NCBI GenBank assembly: GCA_038087875.1 | Contig: JAXLNO010005103.1 | Span: forward strand, 186,001-250,000 | Length of the DNA stretch: 64,000 nt | Source of the DNA: Malacoraja senta | Lineage: Eukaryota | Reading direction: 5' to 3' | Part shown: positions 39,450 through 52,294 of the stretch, one piece after another | Layout: every line of letters begins with the position of its first letter | How positions within the stretch are numbered: position 1 is the stretch's first letter | The notes under the pieces: generated by a model | Told to the model about the DNA's origin: nothing | What the model saw: the letters and a program-made list of their open reading frames with translations, nothing else | The model's database searches: none | Translations under genes and position numbers: made by a program

Positions 39450-41290
39450 CAGTGGTTCTTAACCTTTTTGGCCCCACGACCCCATCAGGCATTCTTGATC
39501 AGTACCGTGACCTCTGAAACAAAATTTGAAAAAAAACAGCCCGATTTATTAAAACATGTCTGCCATTGCTCAGTCAATGGGATGGCTGAAATTGCTTCGC
39601 AGTCATCAGGCAATCAAAACGTGGACGAATGCTCGACAGGCAGCACCTCATGTCAGTGTCGATCACAAGCCTATTGCGTACCTTCGTTTTCAGAGTTACC
39701 ATAGTTGAGAATCCACCCTCACAGTGAGAGGTTGAGGGGGAATGGACCAATAGGGTCAGGGCCCTCTTCGAAAGAGCAGGACATTCCTTCACTTTCAGCC
39801 AAAACGTGGCGAGCTCTTGTTCCATGAAGTCACTCTTGAGTTGCGCATCTTCACGAATTCAGTAAAATTCAACCTTCGGTCACGTCAGTATCGCTGATGC
39901 CACCGTCTTCAACGGAAAAGGGTCAGAGCATCCACTCATCACGAGAGCGGTCATCCAGTCTGGGGAAGTAACGTTCGATGGCTTCACTAATTGCCAGAAG
40001 GTGGGTTGAGATCTCCTCGTGGAAGTGGCATTCAGCATCAGGCGTAGCATCCAGGAGAGTCGTCATCTCAGGGAAGATAGCCATGTCACCGTCCTGGACT
40101 GTTCTCTGGTAAAGGTTCCTCCTGAATGCCATTGGGAGGATTCCTTGAAGCGACAGGTTCAAGGAATTCACCTCAGCGAAGAAGTCAGCCAAGTAAGCAA
40201 CCTTCATCACGAACAGTTCAACTTGCATCTTTTCATGAAGCTGATTCTCCTTCTCAGTACCCCTTCTCTCCAAGAACAGCGCTATTTCCACTCGAAGTCG
40301 AATCACATGATTGAGAACTTTACCACGCAAAAGCCAGCGCACCTCTGTGTGGAATAACAGAATAGTGAAATCGGCGCCCATTTCTTCACACATCGCTTGA
40401 AGATTCTTGAGTTTGTTGCACTCTCTCGGATGTGGTTCACAATCTTCACCACATCTGAAAGCACTTCTCGAAGACCAAGAGGGAGAGTCTTCATCGCTAA
40501 AGCATGGCGATGTATCATGCAGTGGGGGAAGGAGACATGTGAAGCGACATCATTCACGAAGTCTTGGAAACCGGATCTGCAACTGACCATGGAAGGTGCC
40601 CCATCTGTACACATCCCGACAAGGCGTTCCCAGCCAAGCTCATGTTTGATGAGGAAGGCTTCCAGCATTCTGAACACATCTTCTCCCCGAGTGGTAGTAG
40701 CCAATGGCTCCGAGAACATGTACACCTCCGTCATGGCTACTCCATCGAGGTAACGAATGTAGACTAGCAGTTGGGAACATGAGGCAACATCTGTTGACTC
40801 GCCCAGTTGCAGTGAATACACTGGACTGCTCTTCACAGCCCTCACTACTTGCAGCAGAATATCATTACTCATATCCGAGATTCCAGCACCAACTTCGCTG
40901 CTTCGAGAAGGCATGGCTTGATAAGCTCTTCACCGATGCTGTGAGGTTTCTTAGTCTGTTCGATTCGATAAGCAATCCGGTATGAAGCCTCTAACGCTGC
41001 TTCATTTTGATGAGCGCAATGACCCGTTGAATAGATGCGGGATCCCTTGAGTTATGGCTTCTTTTCGTTTGAAATAGTCCACGCTCTTCCCCGCCAGGTT
41101 GCTGTGACAAGACTCCAAATGGATCTTCAGTTTGCTGGGCTTCATGCTCTCGTGACTCAAAACCTTGGCACAGAGAACACATTGCGGCTTGACCACGGAT
41201 TTTGAACAATGCTTGTGAAGCCCAACTTGAGAAATGTTTCACTATACGTGCGCGTCTTGGAAGACATGGTTCACAACACACACTGTTTGT
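39450..41290 (-). mobile_element. hAT (Buster/Charlie, ZBED5/SCAND3-like) transposon, decayed, one TIR visible
   Basis: TIR cagtggttcttaacc after ctttagag; BED finger PQCVLC..SMKPSKLKIHL, YSLQLGESTD, CTDGAPSM, HCMIHRHALA, HTEVRWL, dimerisation motif PSTSHCEGGFS; stops and frameshifts. Confidence 0.9.
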
Positions 41291-41874
41291 GTGTGTATAC
41301 GCAGGGCCTGAGAGGAATTTTATCAGTGGGTACCATGCTTTTGGGCCCCCTTCCCTTCTCCATTAGTCATCCTGTTTTTATCCACTATGCTACAGTTTTA
41401 TGCCATGAGCTGTAGCCTGCACGGCAAAAAGGGGTATGGAAGATGAGAGAGGGGTGGAATGGGGCGCTCTGTTGATTTTCTGCATTTGAGGCCTTATGTC
41501 TCTATACACCCTCCATGATAAATATAAATAAATATAAATAACATAAAAGGATCAGAAAGCACATTTGTTTTCCTTCACTCTATACATGCGGCCTCACCCG
41601 TTGAGTTTCTCTAGCATTTTATCTAGCTTTGTTTTGAACATCTTTGTTTATGCTACAATACAGATAAGGAGAAAGAATTCACATTGAAACATCCTTTTAT
41701 GTTTCAATGCAGATCATATCATCAAAAGACATAATTATTAGTAAAAAGTAAAAGATTTACTTTTATTATATAAATTTACTTTATATAAAGAGCTTTCCTG
41801 GCCTTTTTTGTGTGAAAAATGTCAAATCACAGCATGAAAATGTATTGTTCTGGCAATGTATGATTCAATACTAT

Positions 41875-42362
41875 TGATTCAATACGTTGACACCGTGGAG
41901 CTGTGGTCTGCGGAGCTTCTAGCCGCGGGCATGGCGTGGACTTACCATCCGGAGTCTGGGATCCCTTGCCGGGGATCACCAGAGATGAGCTCGAACCGCT
42001 AGCCTGCGGCCTATAACATCCTGAAGCTGCGGTCTCCACTAGGAAAGTGCCGAGTCGGGACCTCCAAGCCGCAGAGTGTGTTTGTCCGTCCCAACGTCAG
42101 AGTTTGGATCATCCCGACGAGAGGGCCTTGTACATCGGTCCGTCCCTAGATGCGACTACGGAGGGGTTATGGCCCCGAACACAGGTGAACAAAGGAGGAG
42201 GACTGGCTGAAACTTGTTGCCTTCCACAGTGAAGAATGCTGTAGTGGATGTTTGTGTTCAATTTTATTGTGTATTGTGTGTTCTTTTTACGTGTATCACT
42301 GCTGGCAAATTCACTTCACTGCACCTTCGGGTGTATGTGATGAATAAAACTGACTTTGAATA
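41875..42362 (+). mobile_element. Related GC-rich non-autonomous retroelement
   Basis: Same internal motifs as 38690-39365; ends tgtgatgaataaaactgactttga. Confidence 0.55.
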
Positions 42363-42887
42363 CTTAGCCTGGCCAAATCCACAAGACATTCATGAGACAA
42401 TGTCGACCTTAAATAATTCTTAATCAGCTTGAGTTTGCTAAATGACCTCTGCAGAAGCTACTGTTGCTGGAATTGTTTTTTTTTTTTTTTTTAATTTTTA
42501 TTTATTAGAAGTACATTACATTACAACCACATACATTAATACTCGTCATTTATATCTTCTTACAATTAATGTACTCCCTTTATTTATTTTTTTACACTAG
42601 AGAAAGAAAAGATTGAAAGAGAGAAGAAAGTGAAGGAAAAAGTGCAAGTGTAGAAAAGTGTAGAAAATGTAACAACAAAAAAGGACGCAGACCCTATAAG
42701 AGCGAAATTAAAAACAAAAAGAAAAAGAGTTAAGAAATAGGCCCTAAGAAAAGAAAAGAGAAAGAGAAAAAAAGAGAAACAAATGTTTTTTTTTTGAGCA
42801 TCACGTAAATAGGACATACCAACTCTTCAACTATCATCCCCCCTTACCCGACCTCAATTTTTTATTTTTTTAAAGTACTTTTGCACC

Positions 42888-45800
42888 CTATGTTTGTAAT
42901 AATTCTATAAATGCAGACCACGTCAGGTGGAAGTGATCTGGTTTACCTGCTAGGAGGAGTCTTATCTCTTCAAGGTGTAATGTTTCAAACATATTTGAAA
43001 TCCACATATTTATAGTTGGTATTGGAGCCTTCTTCCAAAATTTTAGAATTAGCTTTTTTCCAGTTATTAACCCATAATCCATTAATTTCTTTTGAAACAC
43101 ATTTAGTTCTGGATCATCTTCCGTTATTCCAAAGATAATCCATTCTGCTTTGGGTATCAGTCTTGTTTTAAATAACTTTGTAAAGATTTCAAAAATTTCA
43201 TTCCAAAATTTTTGAATTTTTGTACAGAAGACAAATGAGTGCGCTATAGTTGCTTCTTGGGATTGACATTTATCACAAATAGATGATACGTTTGGGAAAA
43301 TTTTATGAATTTTAGTTTTCGAATAATATAATCTATGTAAAATTTTAAATTGTATTAAAGTGTGTCTTACATTAATCGAGCATTTATGCACTTTTAATAA
43401 GTATTCATTCCAACTTTCCTTTGAAATTTTAATAGCTAACTCTTGTTCCCAGTCTCTTCTGATACCCTCCGTAGATGGTATTTGTGCATTTAAGATAATA
43501 TTGTACAAATATGATATTAAGTTTGCTGATTCCGCTTTTATCTGCATTGCCTCGTCCAGTACATCTGCTGGGTTATTATGATGATCTTTTATATATTTTT
43601 TCAAATAGTCGCATATTTGAAAGTATTTAAAATATTGATTATTTCCGAGTTTATATTTTATTTGTAATTGTTGAAATGAAAGTAATTTTCCAGTTTCATA
43701 CAAGTCACCAAGCGTTTTAATTCCTAGTCTATCCCATTGTGTATAAGCTTTATCTATAATAGAAGGACTAAACGAAGGGTTATTGACTATAGGTAATAAA
43801 AGTGATAAGTTTCTTAATTTTAAATTTTGTTTTATTTGTTTCCAAATACGGATTGTACTATGAATAATTGGGTTCTTATTATAGTTTATGTTATTCAATT
43901 TCATTGGAGAGAGGAGGATCGCTCCAATGTTTCTAGAGGAGCAATCCTCTTTCTCCATTACAATCCAGTCTACTTGCTGGGCGGAGTTATCCATCAGTTG
44001 AATCATGTTTTTAATATTTACTGACCAATAATAATACATAAAATTAGGTAGTGCTAGACCCCCCAATACTTTAGATTTATTCAGATGGGTTTTTTGTATT
44101 CTATGTGATTTATAGTCCCATATAAAATCAGTGATATCTGAGTCGAGTTTTTTGAAAAACTTCTTAGGTAAGTATATAGGAATTGATTGAAATAGGTATA
44201 AAATTTGTGGTAAAAAGATCATTTTTATTGCGTTTATTCGGCCTATTAAAGACATCGGAAGCGTTTTCCAGAATTTAATTAATGTATTCAGTTTATTAAG
44301 TAGGGGGTCAAAATTTGCCCTGAGCATACCTTGATATGCTCTGGTAATTTCGATTCCCAAATATTTAAATTTTTCTGTAGCTATTTTGAAAGGGAATTTT
44401 AAAAGATGTGTTGAATCTTTCGGTTTTATTGACATAATTTCACTTTTATTCCAATTTATTCTATATCCAGAAAAAGATCCGAAGTCTTCAATTAAATTTA
44501 ATATATTTGGTATAGTGATTTGAGGTTTTGTAATATACAATAATATATCATCCGCGTATAAAGATATTTTATTATATGAGTCTTTAGTATTATATCCATG
44601 AATATCAGGGTGTATTCTAATTTTTTCTGCTAGCGGTTCAATAATGAGAGCAAACAGCTGTGGTGATAATGAGCATCCTTGTCTATTTCCCCTTGATAGT
44701 TGAAATTTCGAGGATAATATGTTATTAGTAAGTATTCTAGCTGTAGGTTTGTTATATAGTAACTTAATCCATAAAATAAAATTCTCTCCCAGTTGAAATT
44801 TTTGTAATACTTTATCCATATAATTCCATTCTACTTGATCAAATGCTTTTTCAGCATCCAGCGAAATAATTGATAATTCTTGATCTTCAGATTTGTGTGA
44901 GTGCATTATGTTGAGTAGACGTCTCATATTATTAGAAGAGTATCTCTTAGGGATAAACCCTGTCTGATCTGGGTTTATTAATTTACTAATGTATTTACTT
45001 AATCTTCTGGCTAATGTTTTCGCTAATATTTTTTGATCTGTGTTTAACAATGCTATAGCTCTATATGAGCCAGGTTCTTCTAAATCCTTATTTTTCTTAG
45101 GTATTAATGTAATCGTTGATTCCGCTAATGTATCAGGTAGTATTCGTTTTTTAAAAGCGTATTGGTACATTTTTTGTAATCTTGGTATTATTTTATCATA
45201 AAAGCTTTTATAAAATTCATTAGTAAATCCATCAGGGCCTGGTGTTTTTGCATTTTTTAGTGAGTTTATTGTATCTTCTAATTCCTTAATTGAGATTTGT
45301 GCACCCAGTTCCTCTTGTTCCTTCAGCTCTAACTTTGGAAGATTACAGGTATCCAAGAACTTTGTGATATTATTGGAATCAATTATCGTTTTAGATGTAT
45401 ACAAATTCTCGTAAAATTGCGCAAATCTTTTATTAATATCCTTCGGTGTTGTTAATAATTCCCCTTTATCTGATTTGATCTTTGGTATAGTATGTTCCTT
45501 TTCTCGTTTTTTTAGCTGACGAGCCAAAAGTTTATGCGGTTTATCCCCAAATTCAAAGTGCTCTTGTTTTGTAATTTGAAAAAGTCTTATAAGTTTGGCA
45601 GATAATAATTTATTTAATTTAAATTTTAAAATTATTATTTTATTATGTTTATCTATTGATGGATCTTTAGCATTATCTATATCCATTTGTCTAATAAGTT
45701 CTTCTAACTGTCTTTGTTCATTCTTATTCTTTTTATTTTGAAAAGCTTGATATGAAATTATAATACCCCTAATGTATGCTTTAAAAGATTCCCAAAGTAG

Positions 45801-46674
45801 GCGATATATCTGAAGTATCATTTGTTTGAAAAAAGACCTCCATTTGTTCTTTTAAATATATACTCGCTTGTGGATCTTTTAAAATTTGAGAGTTAAATCT
45901 CCAGAATGAATTATTCTTAGACAATCCTTCCAGTTTTAAAAAGAAAGTTAGTGGAGAATGGTCTGAAATTGAATTTGTATGGTATATTGCATTAGATGTT
46001 TGGGGGATTAATTTTGTATCCAGCAGAAAGTAGTCTATACGTGAGTATGTCTTATGTACCATTGAGTAAAACGAATATTCCCTGCCAGTTGGATTCACAA
46101 TTCTCCAAACATCTGCTATATTAGTGTTATTTATGTAGGTATTGAGGAGTTCCCCAGTTTTCGATTTCATATTCCCTCTCTGTTTTTGACTTGATTTATC
46201 TAAGTACGGATCTAAAACAGAGTTAAAGTCTCCGCCTATTATAACATTTTGATAGTTTGACTCTGCAATTATATTGAAGATTTTATTGAAAAAGTGGGGG
46301 TTATCAAAGTTAGGGGCATATATATTTACCAAAGTAAATGGAGTGTCATGGATTTCTCCATTAACTATTAGGTATCTCCCTTCTATATCTGTTATAATAT
46401 TCTTTGCTTTAAATGGTATACCTTTTCTTATGATAATTGACGTGCCTCTAGATTTTGAAGTGAATGAAGAGTGGTATGTTTGACCTATCCATTTCGCCCT
46501 CAGCCTAACTTGGTCCTGAGGTTTTAGGTGTGTTTCTTGTAGGAAGGTAATGTCAGAATTATACATTTTTAGCTGAGCTAATATCTTACCCCTTTTGATA
46601 GGTTCGTTAATACCTCTTATATTCCAACTACAAAATGAGATTCCTCCTAGGTTCTTTTGTGTGGTGTCATGCAT
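42888..46674 (-). pseudogene. L1 ORF2p (APE endonuclease, RT, CCHC) with one frameshift near 45800
   Basis: SWNIRG, LQETH, GGDFN, SRIDY, SDH; KTPGPDGF, LDAEKAFD, RQGCSLSP, YADD; CDKC...HSFVFC. Confidence 0.93.
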
Positions 46675-47479
46675 TTTGAATAATTATAGTACCTTTGAAT
46701 CTTGTGGTGCGTCCATATCCCAGGTCTTTAGGTATTGGGGGAGTTTTTGAATTATTAACTTTTGTTGGTATGTCCATATTATTCTTATCACTAAACACAA
46801 AACACAAACAAGTGATTTTATGTGATAAAAAAAAAACTAAAAAAGTGAGGCTACAGTGTCTATAGTCGGCACTGTAGCGAGTGACCCACCTGTAGGTGGG
46901 AAAAAACCTTATTTTGACTTCCATTGCGTTGTTGCTCAACTCGCTCCGCTCTCTTAGTTAATCATAACATATTAAAATATTAAAACGAGGCCTCACATTC
47001 AGATATATAATACAATTTTACCCTGATATTTCCTTATAACATATATATATATCAGAGTTTAATTATTAAACCAATATTTTTGATTTCAATAAGAATCAGC
47101 TGTTGGTTGAAGGGGTTAACGAGACGTGCTCCTGGACATAAGCCAGGAGCTCGTTTCTCATCCCCTCCTCCCGCTTATAGGCAAGGTTACATTTTATTAA
47201 AAATTCATATTAGTATGTTAGTTCATTATTTTTTTGTTTTTTTTGTTAGTATTCTAATCTAACCTGCATAACTTTTAAAGTTGTTAATAGGATAAGTTCT
47301 TACAATTGGTTATAACATTTTAATCAATAAGCAATTATTTTCTAATTCATATCCAGCTATAAAGTTGTTTACACGTTTTGAACAGAAAATGTCCTTGCTT
47401 CAACATTCCAGAGATAACAATGTAACTATCCCCAGACAAAACATAGCTGAGAATTATTCGGATCTGCCAAAGCTCCCTT

Positions 47480-48550
47480 TTATTTCTGTTTTTCAACAAT
47501 CGTTTGGGCATATTTGAAAGCGTCTTCAGGCTTAACAAATGACTTTTCAAGACCATTAAAAGAAATACGCATTTTCGCGGGATAAAAAACCCCAAATCTG
47601 ACCCCTTCTCTCCCTCTTAAAAGATCTTTAACCTTATCAAATTTGTTTCTTTTTTGCACAATTTCATGTGGGTAGTCCCTGAATATCTTAATAGTGTCCT
47701 TGTCCAGCCGTAATTGTACACCATATTTGATTTTACTCATAACGTATTCCAGTTCTGCAGTATCTCGAAATTTCACTATAATATGTCGTGGATAAGCTTT
47801 TCCCGCATCAAATCTTTTTCCAAATCTTGGGACACGATGAGCCACTTCGATTTTCGGTTCCTTGGGAAGATTCAACAGTTGTTTCAACAAGCCCATGGCA
47901 AATTCACGTACCTGTTCCCCTTCTGCCCCCTCTGAAACACCAAGAATTCTCAAATTCTGGCGTCTAGAGCGAGCTTCCAGGTCCAGGCATTTGAATGAGA
48001 CTTTCTCTAATTGAGTCCCCATTTGTAGTGATGCTTGTTCGTTTTCTCGCCTCATTTGCTCATGTTCTTGCCTCAATTTCGCCATGTCTTCAACCAGTCG
48101 AGCCGTATTTTTCTCCAATTCCGTAATTGTGTGCATACTTGCAGCTACTGTTTCAAGTACAGCCGTGAACTTATCCGTAGTAATTACATCCATCTTATCC
48201 ATTTTCTCTGATAGTCCATCTTTCACCTCATCAATTCGTTTATTCATAATGTCCAGTAAATCCGTCATATTCTTCTGGTTACCAGCGTTTAAATCCTTCA
48301 TCATCTTCTCCATTCCTTCCATCATTTTTGCCGAATTTTCCTTCATTTCCTTCTTATCTTCCACCCTATTATCCGAGATCTCATCTTTCAAATTTTTCAT
48401 TGATTTCTTCAAGTCATCAAAGTCTTTCTTAGATCTTGTATCCATTTCTGCAGCCACTTCAGAGACTTCAGAGGTAACTTCTGTTTCGAACTTTTTCGAC
48501 AGCTTATTCACAGCTCTCTGAGGGCTCACAGCTGGAGTCAATTTACTCAT
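47480..48550 (-). CDS. L1 ORF1p (356 aa, coiled coil plus RRM-like region)
   Basis: Heptad-rich N-terminus; LEARSRRQNLRILGVSEG, IEVAHRV, PRHIIVKF motifs. Confidence 0.9.
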   Translation of the reverse strand: MSKLTPAVSPQRAVNKLSKKFETEVTSEVSEVAAEMDTRSKKDFDDLKKSMKNLKDEISDNRVEDKKEMKENSAKMMEGMEKMMKDLNAGNQKNMTDLLDIMNKRIDEVKDGLSEKMDKMDVITTDKFTAVLETVAASMHTITELEKNTARLVEDMAKLRQEHEQMRRENEQASLQMGTQLEKVSFKCLDLEARSRRQNLRILGVSEGAEGEQVREFAMGLLKQLLNLPKEPKIEVAHRVPRFGKRFDAGKAYPRHIIVKFRDTAELEYVMSKIKYGVQLRLDKDTIKIFRDYPHEIVQKRNKFDKVKDLLRGREGVRFGVFYPAKMRISFNGLEKSFVKPEDAFKYAQTIVEKQK

Positions 48551-49272
48551 TTAAAGGGCTTCAAACCACCGTTTAAAACATCGCGTTTAACGATGACGTC
48601 ATCAGCGCGGTAACCAGAAGCTCCGGTAAGGTTTTTAAAAACAATCCCGATTTTCGGACCCGTTTTACACGATAAATCGTGAAGTTTTTCGGGAGAGGAG
48701 CTGGGTGCACGTCTGTTAGTCTAACATGACGCCACCGGAAGCGGTTGCTGGAATTGTTAATAGTATTCTGAAGCTAACACAAACATTTGGAAACAGGTTA
48801 CCAAGTCAATAGTCTGTTAACAAGTTCAACAGATCTAATGGTTTTAACTTCATTTATAAAATTCACCCTCCCACTAACACACACATACACTCAGACACAC
48901 ACTCACTCACCTACTCACATACACCCACACACATCCACACACACACACCCTCACCCACTCACTCACACCCACCCATCCACACACTGACCCAAACCCAGGC
49001 CCGGACCACTCAAACAGCTGCGGCTCCTGACTCTCACCACCTCCCCAGGCGAGGCCACCGCAGCCACTGTCGCCGACCTTCACTGTCTTCAGAAAGCCAA
49101 TGATGCTGCTGCCCATATCTCTACTCCAGCTCCCCACGGGCCTCCACCAGCGACTCTGCCGACCCTCGCCTCTCCACCGGCCACCAGCGGGCCAGAGCCA
49201 TCACCTCAGCAGAGTTCCCGGCATAGCACCAGGCCCACAACCTAAACCATGCAGACAGCACATGGTCTGATT

Positions 49273-49806
49273 GCTGGTTCCTAGTGCTCCCCCCCCCCCC
49301 CTCCTGCAGGGAAGACCCATCAGTATTGATGACTCTGCTGTGTCCTAGTGCTCTCCCCCTACTCCTGCAGGGAAGACCCATCAGTAGTCATGACTCTGCT
49401 GGGTCCTAGTGCTCTCCCCCCTCCTGCAGGGAAGACCCATCAGTAGTGATGACTGCTGGGTCCTAGTGCTCCCCCCCCGCCCCCCCACACGGAAGACCCA
49501 TCAGTAGTGATGACTCTGCTGGGTCCTAGTGCTCTCCCTCCTCCTACAGGGAGGATCCATCAGTAGTGATGACTCTGCTGGGTCCTAGTGCTCTCCCTCC
49601 TCCTACAGGGAGGATCCATCAGTAGTGATGACTCTGCTGGGTCCTAGTGCTCTCCCTCCTCCTACAGGGAGGATCCATCAGTAGTGATGACTCTGTTGGG
49701 TCCTAGTGCTCCCCCCCACCTACACGGAAGACCCATCAGTAGTGATGACTCTGCTGGGTCCTAGTGCTCTCCCTCCTCCTACAGGGAGGATCCATCAGTA
49801 GTGATG
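49273..49806. repeat. Minisatellite, about 9 copies of a 59-60 bp unit
   Basis: Unit ctcct(a/g)caggga(a/g)ga(c/t)ccatcagtagtgatgactctgctgggtcctagtgctctccc; ccatcagta recurs nine times at about 59-60 bp spacing. Confidence 0.95.
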
Positions 49807-50823
49807 GGTCTTCCCCTTCCCTCTCTTTTAATCAGGTTACCCCGACCACACATCCGCTTGTGAAAATTCCCTGCTTTATTATGGATCACAATTTCTACGA
49901 ATTACGATATATAAAACTCTGAAGGCACAAAATGTGAATGCTAGTCTTCACAAAATATATGCAAAAATTTTCTGAGATTTCAGGAAATTCCCGCCCCCCC
50001 CCCCTTCCTTCAGCTCCCGGGCCCCTTTTGGACTCCGAGCCCGGGTACGATGTACCCCCTGCACCCCCCTCTCATAGGCCCCGTGTATACGTACGCGCAT
50101 ACGTGAACAAAAAACTGTGTGTGGTATGTACCTTTGTTAGGTTCCTAAAAATGGGCTCAACAAATTGATGTTCTTTACAACCCCTTCATGACCCCCGGAA
50201 AATCCCAAACGACCCCCTTGGGGGTCACGACCCCCCCACTGCTTTGGAGATACAGTGCTGAAACAGGCCCTTCAGCCCATACTAGGGACAATTTACATTT
50301 ACACCAAGCCAATTTACCTACATCTCAGAGAAAAGCCACACAGGTTACGGGGAGAACATGCAAACTCCATGCAGTCACCACTCGTAGTCAGGTTCAAACC
50401 AGGGTCTCTGGTGCTGCAAGGCAGCAACTCGTGTAAGGCCATGATCTCTTGGCTTTGCTTATAGTTATTATCATGTTTTATCTTCTATTGTGTTCTTTTT
50501 GCTTATTGCATATAAACAAATGTAAAGCTGCACATAAGGTTGGATCTTTTCGAGGCCCGAGCTGCCCCATCTATTACCACAAAAGTGCTTCCTATATTTA
50601 GAGAAACATAGATATAATAAGGCTCACCCCTCATGGGCATTGAAGGCTTTCTCTAAAATATGGAGACCATTAAGCTGTTCACTGCCAAGTTTATTTTTCA
50701 CTATTGGCCATGACCCCTAGTGTACTCGGCGGTGGCATTGAACAGGTTAAAGATATCCAGTGATTGAACAGGCTAAAGATATCCAGTGATGTGTAGCTGC
50801 GCTACCTTTCCTTGATATTTTTA

Positions 50824-51505
50824 AGGGCCTGTCCCACTTACGTGTCCTTGGCACACAAATTATGCGACCTCGTGGTCGCGTTGAGGCGCACGGGCATCGT
50901 ATGGCCGCGCAGGGCCGGTCCCACTTGGAAGCGCGGAGGAGTATGTAGTTGTGCGCGACATCGTGCGGGGCTCCGATAATTTTGTAGTGAACGGAATCTT
51001 CGCGTGCCAACGGCCTGTCGCGGAACTGACGGCCAAAGTGGGACAGGCCCAAGACCCTGGCGCGACGCAACGTCTCACTTTCAACAGCAGCAGAAGCAGG
51101 CAAACGATCGCCGAACTCGGCCTGGGGCTCACGGCCGTTGAGGTCCGGATCCGCCCCCACTTCTACTCCCAGAGCGGGGCCAAGAAAATTGAAGATAGAC
51201 ACAAAATGCAGGAGTAACTCAGCGGGACCGGCAGCATCTCTGGAGAGAAGCAATGGGTGACGTTTCGGGTCAAGACCCTTCTTTTCAGACTGAAGAAGAG
51301 TCTCGACATGAAACGTCACCCATTGCTTCTCTCCAGAGATGCTGCCGGTCCCACTGACTTACTCCAGCTTTGTGTCCATCTTCAAATAATGTCACACGCT
51401 CCAGACGGCTGTACGTACGCATGTAATCGCTCCCGACCTTCGTCAGACCATCGCGGCTCAACGTGTAATTTGCGTTCCCAGGACACGTAAGTGGGACAGG
51501 CCCCT
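50824..51505. mobile_element. Harbinger-type MITE carrying a nested palindromic Penelope-derived repeat
   Basis: TIRs agggcctgtcccacttacgtgtcc / ggacacgtaagtgggacaggcccct flanked by TTA. Confidence 0.85.
51191..51383. repeat. About 190-bp palindromic (fold-back) Penelope-derived repeat
   Basis: Two head-to-head arms; 51224-51266 is the perfect reverse complement of 51310-51352; related half or full copies near 3570, 9110, 25070, 26750, 27260, 30930, 32120, 55990, 58920, 60270, 60740, 61900, 63830. Confidence 0.88.
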
Positions 51506-52294
51506 TTACTTAGATGATTCATTCCCTCTGGCATTGATTGATGAATCAAAGTGGGGGGGGGGGGGGGGGGTTGATGGAATTTGTAAGGATTTGCTGAAGT
51601 CAGTTTGCTTAAAACTGCTCACTCCTTGAAAAGGAGAGTCTGTGAACTTTAGCCCAGAGACAAAGAACAGTTTGTGAACTCAAGGTTATAATTGATAAAA
51701 ATCTAGGCACAACTGTGAACAACAACCCTTTATTAGGATGAAGGTAATGAGCTAATGCCAACCATGCCCCTGGGACCAGGAGTAATAAGGAAGGGTCAAA
51801 ACTTGGATGATGTTTTCATTCCAATAAGAAACTCTACAAACAATGATAGCTGAATAAAACATAATTATGTTGTATCGATGAAGAGCCTCCTTTTCAAGCT
51901 GTTTTCTGCAGTCTTTTAGTTGTTCTGCAGATCCTTTACATTCTCTCGTCTTCGTGTTTTCAAGAAACACCACAAATAGCCGAATGTATACTAATTATAG
52001 AAACATAGAAAAATAGGCACAGGAGTAGGCCATTCGGCCATTCGAGCCAGCACCGCCATTCAATATGATCATGCCTGCATCTAGAATCAGTACCCCATTC
52101 CTGCTTTTAGAAACATAGACACACAGAAAATAGGTGCAGGAGTAGGCCATTCGGCCCTTCGAGCCTGCACCGCCATTCAATATGATCATGGCTGACCATC
52201 CAACTCAGTATCCTGTACCTCCCTTCTCTCCATACCCCCTGATCCCTTTAGCCACAAGGGCCACATCTAAATCCCTCTTAAATATAGCCAATGA

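Larger units (their letters stand above)
42478..48743 (-). mobile_element. Full-length, young L1-clade LINE (about 6.27 kb) in the alpha1-alpha2 intron
   Basis: 15-bp TSD gttgctggaattgtt (42463-42477 and 48744-48758), poly(A) tail with AATAAA, ORF1 open, ORF2 with a single frameshift. Confidence 0.96.

Noticed and set aside
49273-49806. Regularly spaced repeats resembling a CRISPR array
   Set aside because: No unique spacers, units are contiguous tandem copies, no cas genes, vertebrate context
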